NCBI GenBank assembly: GCA_026023565.1 | Contig: JAPETS010000060.1 | Span: 1 to 64,000 of the forward strand | Length of the DNA: 64,000 nt | Reading direction: 5' to 3' | From: Cirrosporium novae-zelandiae | Taxonomy: Eukaryota | In this document: positions 12,474 through 23,141 of the stretch, piece by piece | How the letters are laid out: each line of letters begins with the position of its first letter | How positions within the stretch are numbered: position 1 is the stretch's first letter | Program-made: the position numbers and the translations under genes | Notes under the pieces: model-generated | What the model saw: the letters and a program-made list of their open reading frames with translations, nothing else | Told to the model about the DNA's origin: nothing | Databases searched by the model: none

Positions 12474-13670
12474 ATGTCTGATTCTATTGCCAACGTCTCT
12501 ATATCCTCTGCATCCGCCACTCCTCAATTGCCGTCAGCATGTCCTCTCGATACCCGTCTCACAGGACTCGAAGTCGGCCTTCGTGTTGGCATGGCCTTTA
12601 TCACCACAATTGCGATGCTCGTGCATCTACTATGGCTGCAACAGGATAGGATCGTACTTGCACGGGTGTTGTTGTTCATTATGTGCCCATTTATCCTCCT
12701 CTGGCATTGTCTTTGGTCGTTTCTTGCAATCCCAGTTGAGGTTTTGATTTGGGAACGGAATCAAAGGATCAATAAGATTAAATTCTACTGGAGAATGATG
12801 ATAGTCTACCCCCAACCGATGCAGGCCGACGGTGATGATGGGGCTGACGGGACCAAGCTCCCTTCACAGACCATTGTTGACGAAGAAAATATTCCCACCT
12901 TTGATAGCCACGACAAACAGAGTCCCAACGAACCGAGCTGTCGCTATGAGCCCGCATCAGTCGCGAAGAAAATAGCATTAATCATCACCTCTCTCTATAT
13001 CTGCCAATGTGTGCTGGGTACCGTGCTCGTCCACCGTCGGGTCCTACACCAAGCCGTGATCTCCGTGATCGACTTTACAGTCCTTGAATTCTACGTCTGC
13101 GGCATCGCCATCGCATGCCTCACACTCGCCATAATCTTAACCTCTCCCCTCAGTTCAAACATGTCCCTCAAAGAACTGGAAGCCGACGAATCACGCATGA
13201 TGAAGAGCGTAATTGCCTTCCGAAATGCCGTCTTCCCATCATCTTCTGGCTGCCGCCGAGCATTTGCAGCGGGGTTTAGTTGGCAGCGCGGCTGGATAGC
13301 CTCGGAGCTGGGATTCACGATACTCGTATCCCTCGTGGCGACCGATTTCGACATGCTCAAGGACTCCGCCTGGCTAGGTTTCCTCTCCAAAATCCCTATC
13401 GGATACATTTTTCTGGGGTCCATTGCTTTCATGTGGCTTTTGGTGCGTTTGCACCGGAACCAATCGATTCCTCGTCTGGTTATTGTCTGCTCGGCTATCT
13501 TTATCGTAGCACTCCTGGCGTTTTTCGTCTTCGCTGCGTTGGCGTTGTTCTTCCATTGGGTGTTTGTTGTAGTGGTCAGCATTAAACACATTGATGCATG
13601 GCCCGAGGATATTGAGTGTCCTTTTCTCTGGAGGGATCCGGTCATGAAGTACATATGGTGGCCTGTGTAG
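12474..13670 (+). CDS. Uncharacterised multi-pass membrane protein, single exon
   Basis: 398-aa ORF with about 7 hydrophobic segments, a hydrophilic loop and a C-terminal WPEDIECPFLWRDP..WW motif. A TATA-like TATTTATATA lies about 70 bp upstream. Confidence 0.75.
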   Translation: MSDSIANVSISSASATPQLPSACPLDTRLTGLEVGLRVGMAFITTIAMLVHLLWLQQDRIVLARVLLFIMCPFILLWHCLWSFLAIPVEVLIWERNQRINKIKFYWRMMIVYPQPMQADGDDGADGTKLPSQTIVDEENIPTFDSHDKQSPNEPSCRYEPASVAKKIALIITSLYICQCVLGTVLVHRRVLHQAVISVIDFTVLEFYVCGIAIACLTLAIILTSPLSSNMSLKELEADESRMMKSVIAFRNAVFPSSSGCRRAFAAGFSWQRGWIASELGFTILVSLVATDFDMLKDSAWLGFLSKIPIGYIFLGSIAFMWLLVRLHRNQSIPRLVIVCSAIFIVALLAFFVFAALALFFHWVFVVVVSIKHIDAWPEDIECPFLWRDPVMKYIWWPV

Positions 13671-13851
13671 TCTATTTGCTTTCTTTCGGATGTTCAGCAT
13701 CAGGACATGATTATTTGTATTTCCCCCTTCCACATGTAACTATCTAAGAGACATATTAGCGGATTCCAAAAGTGGGCGATGTTCACCGATTCAGAATTAG
13801 GGAGGTCTCAGCACCAAATAGAATTTTAACTTGTATCAATCTCGATTTTGA

Positions 13852-13905
13852 TATGTCCCCCCCTAACCCAAAAGAGATATACGGACAATAAAATGAATCA
13901 TCATC
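13852..13905 (+). mobile_element. Ultra-short retroposon-like element, copy 1 (most diverged)
   Basis: tatgtccccccctaacccaaaagagatatacggacaataaaatgaatcatcatc, flanked by 13-bp direct repeats atctcgattttga (13839-13851) and atctcgattctga (13906-13918). Confidence 0.75.
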
Positions 13906-15107
13906 ATCTCGATTCTGAATCCAATTTTACTTATACACTATAGATGAATAAACTAGAAGGTCCTCCAAGGGGAAATGAGTAACTATCCTATCCATTCCAA
14001 GGCTAAATTCCCACTTCTAGTCTCTATATCTGCTAAAAGCCATCCTGGTGATGAAGGAATTCCAAACAACTACAGCCACAGGACAAAGAGTAACAGAATA
14101 CAAGCCTACCCAGTAGTTTATCCAGTTCCAGTTCCATATACAGAACCCATACTCCAAGATCCCTTTCTATCCCTATTAAAACCCCAACATTTCCTTGACT
14201 CTATACCCCAAAAGCCTATCTATCTATCTATCCACATATCCCACCCCCCAGCCCTCAGCCCCAACTAACCAAAAATTCAATTCAACAAGGAAGAAAAATG
14301 CCATGACATACCAACAGAAAGAATGATTACAGTACAACTACTTAGGTCTTAAGTAACAAACAAACAATATTCAGAGTAGAATACTCACGCACCCACTAAC
14401 TATCCCCTTGTTAGCGACGTACTGTACATGTACATAACCCCCCCATCTCCCTTTGTCTCTCCCTCGCCATAGCCACCTGGTTATTTAAACCGACAGATCA
14501 GCGCATGTTCACCAAACAAACAAACAAACAAACAAAACAGAAATATATATTTCCATTTATCGGCCTCGACCCGTCGACTACACTAACCGATCGATCATGC
14601 GTGATATTTTTGTTTTTTGTTTTGTTTTTTCTTCGTTCTTAATTTTTGGTTGATTGAGGTGGTGGGTGGCTTGCTTTCAATTTTCAATGTACCAAGGTAG
14701 TCATGAAGAAGAAGGTCTCAGGCCTATCTTTGTGATGGAAACGGAAGGAGTATATATTGTATATTGTATATTGTTGTATGTAGAAGTTGAATACATATGT
14801 GTTCGGTTAGTTCAGTAGAAGGAAGGATATAAGGATATAAACAAAAGCAAGCAAGCGTCGTCCTAGAAAAGGGTACTTGACTTGCTTGACTTTATTTGAT
14901 TAGGACAAATGAAGAGGTATAGGTAGGTAGGTAGGTGTGGTGGGGGAACTCCCCTATTTATTTCTATTTCTACTTTTTTTTAAAGATAAATCTTTATCCT
15001 AGAAAGAAAGAAGTTGAAATTGAAGTGAAGAGAAGTAAAGGGAAGGGAAGGGTAAGAAACTACGAGGTTCTGCTAGGTTAGAGTGAGTGCGTAAGTGGAT
15101 TGGTTCC

Positions 15108-15236
15108 CCAATGCTGAGTTATTCGAAAAGGGTGATTGGACTGGACCGGGTGTTTACTGAGTAATTAACCTAGTATTGCATATTGCATGTTTTATATTGA
15201 GCAGCATGGTGCAGTGTAGTACGTAAAAACTCAACA
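15108..15236 (+). repeat. Dispersed direct repeat, copy A (expanded by micro-duplications); partner at 16900-16989
   Basis: Shares ttactga..taacctagtattgcatgttt(t)atattgagca..tggtgcagtg..cgta..actcaaca with 16900-16989. Confidence 0.85.
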
Positions 15237-16192
15237 TCCCAGATATATTTATATGCGGGGAAGTGAGCCCGATCTCTCTCGGATTGTACAGTACTGTTGA
15301 GGGTATAACCACCTCTAAAACTTTCCCGCTGAATTAACTCGCTGGGTGCTACTCTTTTACGATATCCATAGCTTACTTAGTGTGTTCGGATGCGATGCGT
15401 TGGGGTCAATGGATCATAGATCATCCCTTATGATAGGTATAGCTTTGCAAGGATGGCAGGAATCGAGAGAGAGTCAGAGAATGTCACCTTGTGTTGTTCT
15501 AGGGTGCAATATTTAAAATTGATAACGGGTAGTGGAGGTAGTTTTGATATGCCCTATTGAAATGCCACAATACTCAAAAGTAGATGGAAGGTTTCTGAAA
15601 AGGGAGTGAGTTGAGCAACTTTATTGATATCCAAGGGTCTCTTGGGGTGATATATATACTAGACGTAATGCAAAAGTTATGTTCAGTGTGTCTTCCTTAG
15701 TCCATATTGAAAAACTCTCTGATAGCCTAGATAGTAGATAGTAGAGAACAAATTTGCATTTCCCGAAGCCTAGAAGAAGATGATGTTTAGAAGCAACTAG
15801 CATCGTCTTAAGAGAATGGCCAACAGAAACATGACTGTGAGGCAATCTCAATTCTCTAAAATCTTTTTTTGAATTTCACCAGAATTCCTACCCTAGCCCT
15901 AGTAAGCTTGACCATACCATGTCAGAACAAACTATCCACAAGATTCAGAGGTAAAGCCTTAAGTCAAATTATCGATAGAGTACCGTACGTACTACCCCGA
16001 GGAGAGATATGAAAGCTATGAAGGTTCTTCACGGAATTAATTACGTACGTACTGAAGAAAGTTGTTGCATGCAACAGCTGGCTAGGTTCATTGAGGCTTC
16101 AAATATAGCCATTTAATTGCAGGTAAGCTCTTCGGAAGCCTTTCACCTTGCCACTACCCTCAAGAGGTTCCTATTGATATGTCCTATAAAAA

Positions 16193-16246
16193 GCATGTCC
16201 GCCATAACCCGAAGGCGATATGCGGGAAATAAAATGAATTATCATC
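16193..16246 (+). mobile_element. Ultra-short retroposon-like element, copy 2
   Basis: gcatgtccgccataacccgaaggcgatatgcgggaaataaaatgaattatcatc, flanked by degenerate 14-bp direct repeats atgtcctataaaaa (16179-16192) and atatcctatgaaga (16247-16260); the three mismatches are all A/G. Confidence 0.75.
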
Positions 16247-16597
16247 ATATCCTATGAAGAATTCAAGTTAGCATCATAACGACAGGTATCTAGATAGCTT
16301 AAAAATAAGGGGGAGAAAAACAGGTCCCTTCAGGCAACAACAGAACTCAGAAGCTGAGATGGATTTTTTTCATAGAATGTGGCTAACAGGATAGGAGGGG
16401 GGGGAAGATGGAAAGATCTAGATTTAGGGCTCTTGCGAACAGATAAAATATACGGCGTTCTTATTCATCGACTCTTTCAGAGCGGGGGCAAATTATATGA
16501 ACGTCGCTTGCACTTGAATGTCTGTTTTTAAATTAAATGTCGTTCTATACTATTGTGACCTCTTCCTGGGCTCCCATCACATCGATTAACAATTCAT

Positions 16598-16625
16598 AGA
16601 AGAAGAAGAAGAAGAAGAAGAAGAA
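16598..16625. repeat. (GAA)n microsatellite
   Basis: About 9 GAA units. Confidence 0.9.
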
Positions 16626-16899
16626 AAGAGCATAACTCCGCCACAATCAGAAAAAACGTCGGACAGAGAAAAAGGAAGGACGAAAACATTTGGAAGCACT
16701 TCATGGCACACATCTCATTCAATCCAAAAAAAAAATGATTAACTGTGGAAATGCAGGATCCTAATTACCAGTGTAGCGGTATGCTCCTCGTTATCGGCAG
16801 TTAAGACCGCGGCTAACTGTTCTCTGGCGCTACTTATAATATATATGTCTCGGCGTCTAGCAGCAAGCCAGGTTTTTTTTTATCTCAGAACCCATGTTG

Positions 16900-16989
16900 C
16901 AATTGTTAAGTTGTCAAAAGGTGGCTGGGTTACTGAATAACCTAGTATTGCATGTTTATATTGAGCATGGTGCAGTGCGTAACTCAACA
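16900..16989 (+). repeat. Dispersed direct repeat, copy B (compact); partner at 15108-15236
   Basis: caattgttaagttgtcaaaaggtggctgggttactgaataacctagtattgcatgtttatattgagcatggtgcagtgcgtaactcaaca aligns to copy A. Confidence 0.85.
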
Positions 16990-19239
16990 GCAATCAGATG
17001 GTGCCTCCGTTCATCAACAACGGTAGTTTATACCCATCCGATAAGCTTCTAGTGACCATGGTCTCTGCCGGTTCATTAAGAAGTTGGTTGTAGAAAAATG
17101 CACCAAGGCCTTCAGCACCGAAAATGGTCTCGGTCCTTATCAGCACTAACAATCTAGAGGGAATGTCTATCTGTCTTTCTCAATGAAGTGTGCTTCGCAC
17201 GTATCCACCTAGGACGACGGGTAAGCATCAATCAAAGCCCCTCCGGAGTCTTCTCCAAAATGCTATTATTACCAATTATAACTCCATCTGTCATCTGTGA
17301 ATATCCTATGTCCTCGGAGGGAAGCGAAAGCTAGCCCAGGACGGCTATTTTCTTTTTAGGCATCTGTTGCCCTAAAAAAAGGAGACTCATGACGTTTCTC
17401 TCCGTTCTCTCTCTCAGTCTTTACTCTTCTCCAGCTCATTGAGATAGTTGATTACCAATGAACAGAGATGAGGTAATATCACGTCTTTCGTACAACTTCT
17501 ACATGCCTTCCAAGTCATGCAGCTCCAATGGCTTCATCCCAGAGTGCTAATTATCTAGGTAGTTTGTCGAAAAAAGCTCATTCTCATCCGTCAACACCGC
17601 CAACGCCAACACCACTCTCTCTATCTCCTCCCACGATAGAAGACATATCTTCCAACCTCTCCTCTCCTTCAAGCCCCAGAGCCCCAGCATCAAAAATCTA
17701 ACACACCAAAACACATCTAATCATAACGAGGCTTCTGTAGAACTTTAATCTTAAGCTTATACTGGGAAATAAGGTAATGCCAAGACCAAGACCAAGGCAA
17801 TCAGAAGAGGACATTGATGGTTGGATTAGAGATCCTGGTAAAGTACTGTAGTTGGCATATAAATTCAAGGACAGTTGTGAACATGTTGGTTATTAGTAGG
17901 CTGGCTAGGCTAGGCTAGATCGGTCCAGCTCATCAGCATCAACCCACCCACCCATCCAGTTATAAAAGACTCATTCATAATTAAATAATCTTAAACATCC
18001 CGCTCTCTCTCTCTCACAAAAAGACTCCCAGACCATAAGAATAAAGCCTAAGCCAAGCAATAACATAGCATAGTATAGTATAGAAGCTTTACCAAGCTCG
18101 CACAGTAATAAAGAGAAAATCTTGATAGAAAATATACCCATTTAAGTTATCGCCGTTAGGTTATTAAGATCACTCTCACTTCCTTCCTTGTATACACACA
18201 CGCTACTTACTACCTACCTCAAGTCCTTCACTCGAATCCAGATTATATAAATCCAATAAAAGGTAGACTAAGGGTTATTTGTATGTCTCTATATACTACA
18301 ATACTACAGTAAAGAGGTTAATTATTTAATACTCTTTTACGCTTAATTAACGCGTTACAGTACAGTAGAAACAAGTTCCAAACTAAACCAACTAATTAAC
18401 CAACGTTAATTACCGTCGTTCGTCCCCTTACAGTACCAGGGTACTGTACCTTACTAGTAACCCATAACACTCTACTCGAGTATGATTAATTAATTCGTGA
18501 TTCCATTCCATTCCACCCCGTTAATATAAAAAGCTTAATTATCCCTCTACCAAAGTAACTTATTTATCCACATTGCTCCCCAAATAATAAGATTAAAGTT
18601 ATAAAAGATTAATTATTCTATTTGACATCACACCCAAATTACCATTGCGCGATAACTTATAGTTTAATCTCTAACATAAAAAAATTTAATATATGGAGTC
18701 TGTTTTATTTATTTTTATATCTTATATCTATCTGACATTTTTATGATAGCAACGGTCGATAAGATATTACGTACCCTATATATTGGAAAATTAATAAGTC
18801 AATCTACCTGAGATTACCTTTTAATCCATCTAATCTGCTTTCATTTACTTTCGAAAGTAGTTCATGGGTCTAATCTAATCCGATCGATTACTGAATCTGG
18901 AAGAGAGTAATTATCACTTCGGCTAGACTAGACTAAATGCTATGATTTTTTCCCAGAGTACTGCGAATATAGGGCTCGTATGCTAGGCCAGAAGCCTGGG
19001 TATTTCTTTAATACGGCGTCAGTATAAATATCTTGAACTGGAAAACGGAGTGATTTTCTTCTTTGGTTTGATTAGATGTGAAAACTGATGAAAATTGAAT
19101 ATGGGTATATATCGTTAAATAGAGTCAACCCAGCCCCAGCCCAGTCGAGATGATACAAGAGACGCCCAGACATTTAATCTACGAAATATCTTAGATCTCT
19201 GTCTGAGGAGTCAAAACCATACATTGCAAAAAAACCCCA

Positions 19240-20669
19240 TCATTGACGGATATTATCGCCACTATTGGAATTACTGTTGTCGCTACTCCTCTCCTCCGTC
19301 CAATGCAGCTCGCGACTAACCATAATCTCGTATGGATGTAATGGCATCTCATCACTCTCACCATCCCCGCGACTCTCCCTCTTCACCCTCACGTCGCTAG
19401 CCATCTTATTGTAATCGGGTCTCAAGTTGGTGTCGTCCTGCCGATGGTACCCATGCGTGGTGCTGGTAGGGTTGGTGCGGGACGTCTGGCCGAGCACAAT
19501 GTCCGTTCCTGCAGTTCGGGATTTGGCTTGGGAGCTGTCAAACCCCGAGGATATATGACGAAGGATGGGGCGAAGGGTGGGGAGGCACGCGCTAATGATT
19601 GCGGCTGATATTTCAATCAAGCACCATAAGAGGGGGGTGGCAACGGTCCCTGGAAGGGAGAAAGCTAATGTTAGCTGATGACTTCATGTTAAATGCAAGA
19701 TTTCGGCCTGTAGGTATCTCATACAAGGCGTATCTGAAATTTCAAAGCCGAAGAGGGTCGTAAAACGGTAGACACTAGCAAAAATGACGCTACGGTAGAA
19801 ACACTCCTCGTTAGTAGTAGACCTAGAATGATACGACATCTGTAAAGGGATTTCCTCACAAGCTGCCCAGCAGGAAAATTCCAATAACAGAAAGTCGTTG
19901 AATAATGCTCGTCTGAAGCCTCCATAAATGAGGTATGGGTAATGCCAAAATGATGAAATCGGTTGTAAAATTAGGCACTGCGTTCCCAACATATAGTCCT
20001 CTGAGGTAAAGGCAGTGACCAGGAAGTGAATAATCCCAGGCTCGGCGAAGGGGTGTGCATTGGAATACGACAGCTGTGTTGATAGCAATAAACCAAGCTC
20101 CCACTATAAATCCAATAATCCAGGCCCCTAGCCGCAGGCTTCTTATAGGAAAGATACGGTAGTACATGATCAGGATGGACAATTTGACAACCGCTATGGA
20201 CGTGACGTATGTAAGTTCGAATGCGTAAAGAAGCTTGCGACCTTCATAAGTATCTGATACAAGTGTACAATTTTATAGGGAGGAACTTACCTTGAAAATC
20301 ATGGTATTCGCATAATCACTCAGATCATCTTTGTGCCGACCCATACCATAGTGAATCACTATTATCATAGGTCAGAATAATCCCCCTAAGCTTCTCTGAC
20401 GAATGCAAGGGCACCATACTAGTTATATATATGCCCATTGTGGCATAAAGAATTACCTATCTTATTCAGTTTCTGTAAAATATCGAACTCGCCATTTTTG
20501 TTCTTACTAGGGCCAACAAAAGTGTATAGTCATCTGAACCATACGCCACCCTCTTCATTGATCGGGCGACGATTCGCAATATCACAAACACCCCAGCGAG
20601 AACCGAGACGGCTATTCCGGACCGCAATAACTGTCCTTGATGGTTCGCATGTTGGTCGGCGGTACCCAT
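19240..20669 (-). CDS. PTH11-like (fungal rhodopsin-like domain) integral membrane protein without CFEM, multi-exon
   Basis: VILRIVAR..GSDDY, HYGMGRH, VKLSILIMYYRIF, FQCTPLRRAWD..GHC, NFTTDFIILALPIPHLWRLQ, IFLLGS, FASVYRF, WCLIEISAAIISACLPTLRP. Confidence 0.92.
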
Positions 20670-22275
20670 CGAAGAGAATAGAAATCACGGATCATATGAG
20701 TGAATAGGATATTCTCAAAACAGAAGAATACCAACGGTTAATGGACAAAGAAATCAATGAGAGTGAAGAACAAGCAAGAAAACTTTAATGTATATGTCGC
20801 AACCAAACTTTTAAAGACAAGACGTTCAAGAGTGAAAATGGGATGTCATAGCCTCGGTCGCAAAGGCGCACGAAGGGCCTCGCAGAGATCTCACAAACGT
20901 CTTCCTTGCAAACACCCTGGACGAATTTGAAATCCTCGCTCGAAGTTAAAGCTTCCGAGTAGGTTTCATTATTGAACGGATGCCAAACTGAGTTTGTAAG
21001 TCAAGGTCCAGGTATCTTTAAGCCACTCAATCCATTATCAGGAAGAGAGGTGAACGAAAGAAAGGTGCCAGTGTGAAAAGGGCCAGTGGAGCATCATAGG
21101 GATCTGCATAGGCGTAATGCACTAGCCTTGAATCGACACTGCACCATCTTCACCTCGTCGTCGCCACCATCATGCTTGCAAGCCTGTCATCGACTCACCG
21201 TTGGGACCCAAACGCAGGTTAGGCTAGGTACCGGGATTGGAGGGGAAGCGGGCCAAGGAACCCGGGGAGCAGAGGAACGGAAGGAGCCAAACAACTTCAT
21301 TGATGAAGAATACAGATAGGAATTAGATAGATAGTATCCACTGGATACTAGAGTAAAATGAAATTTGGCAAGATCAATCCTTCCTCTCTGTGGGAATCAG
21401 GACTGTGGTGGAGTACGATAAGATAAAAGAGAGTTTCTGTCAAAAAGTCGGACGGGTGAAGCCTATTTTGTGAGTTCTCCGAGATGCTAAAAGCTGGAAA
21501 GGGATGGTAAGTTGGTGAGTGTACTCGAGTAATGATTGAAAGATGCTCGAATTCGTGTAGGAAACTTTATGCTCCATAATCTGGCGTGTCTGGGTATGAC
21601 GGGACATGACGGGACTGGACGGGGAAATCAACTACCGTTCGGACTAATTAGGAAGCAAAACTCTCTTGAGGTTGGATGAAACGACTTCCGACCTAATTTG
21701 GACTAGTTATATCTAAGCCTTTCCTAATCTCGAAGCCTTTCCAAATTCGTCCAAAGTTGAAATGACAATATCTTGATAATTTGATAAGACGTCTTCAAGG
21801 ACAACCCTTGGATATCCAAGATCCCTTGATGACTGACAGATAATTGCTATAACTCTATAGTATTGAGGTAGCTACTTATGGCTAACTTAAGCCTTATATA
21901 CATACGATGTTATCCATGATGAGGAAAATACCCTTTAAACAACATGCTTTACCATTTAACGCAGGATTGGTCGAATGGGTCGTTACACGTACTACACCAG
22001 ACGCTTCAAGTAAGTAGTTACTTTGCTAACTAAACCTACCTTAGGAATTGCTTGATCACCCATCTCTTTTGTTTCCATTCCTTGTCCGTCTTTTTGCTCG
22101 TAGACCTGGCTAGATCCTTCCTCTCCATGGCCATTTTCTCCTACCGTCTCATCCACGAATACATCTCTCTTCCCTCTACCCTCTTTGAGCAATACATTAT
22201 CCCACTTCAAACTCCCTTCCATAAAACCCCCTTGGATAAATTAATCTGGAGTAGATCACCAAGAATTCCTACAAC

Positions 22276-23141
22276 ATGTCTACCAAGCCCGTCATTCTTT
22301 TTGTCCCAGGGGCCTGGTCCTCGCCCGAAGGTTATGTCTATCTCTGTGATATCTTGACCAAACGTGGCTACCCCACTGAAGCTGTGGCCCATCCTTCTAT
22401 CGGTGCTGAACCTCCTAACAAGAACCTCTACGACGATGTCGCCAGTCTCAAGGCAACCTTGACTAAGCTTGCAGATGAGGGAAAGGAGATTGTTGTTGTT
22501 GCTCATTCGTATGGAGGGATGGTGAGCTCTGGGGCTGTTGAAGGCGTAGAGCTCGTGCAGCGAGCCAAGGAAGGAAAGCACGGCGGTGTGATCATGTTAA
22601 TCTACATGACGGCATTTGTCATTCCGAAAGGCAACAGCTTGCTGGATATGATTGATGGAAAATACCTATGGTGGATGTGGCGAAAAGTAAGTACCGTCTT
22701 CTGTCCTAATCTCTTCGCAGCATCATTTAGCTATTGTTTTTCTCGGTAGCCCTTCAAGAAATATTAACAATCCCTTCCTCTGAGCAGGACAACTACTGTT
22801 ATAGCAGCCACGAGGATAAAGCCCTTTTTCACGATCTTACCCCCTTGGAACAGGAACGCTGGACCAAAGATCTGCAGCATATCTCCGCGGCCGTTTTCGA
22901 AGTCCCTGCTACCTACGAACCCTGGCACACCCTCCCTACCTCTTTCATCATTTGTGAAGAGGACCAGGCCATTCTACTCCCCGTTCAGGAAGCGATGGTT
23001 CAAGCCTTAGGCCCCCAAACCCCCGTCCGCAAGCTAAAGTGCTCGCATTCCCCCATGTTTGTAAGACCAGAAGAGACTGTGGATGTACTTGTAGATTTGG
23101 TTGATATTGCTGTGGAGAAAAAGGGAATTTTGGAAGCATAA
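22276..23141 (+). CDS. Alpha/beta hydrolase (Abhydrolase_6, methylesterase-like), 2 exons
   Basis: ILFVPGAW, nucleophile elbow AHSYGG, ICEEDQAI, CSHSPMF; intron gtaagt at 22687 to ag near 22786. Confidence 0.9.

Noticed and set aside
13091..13654. 187-aa antisense ORF and similar shadow ORFs over real genes
   Set aside because: Explained as opposite-strand shadows of the called CDSs.
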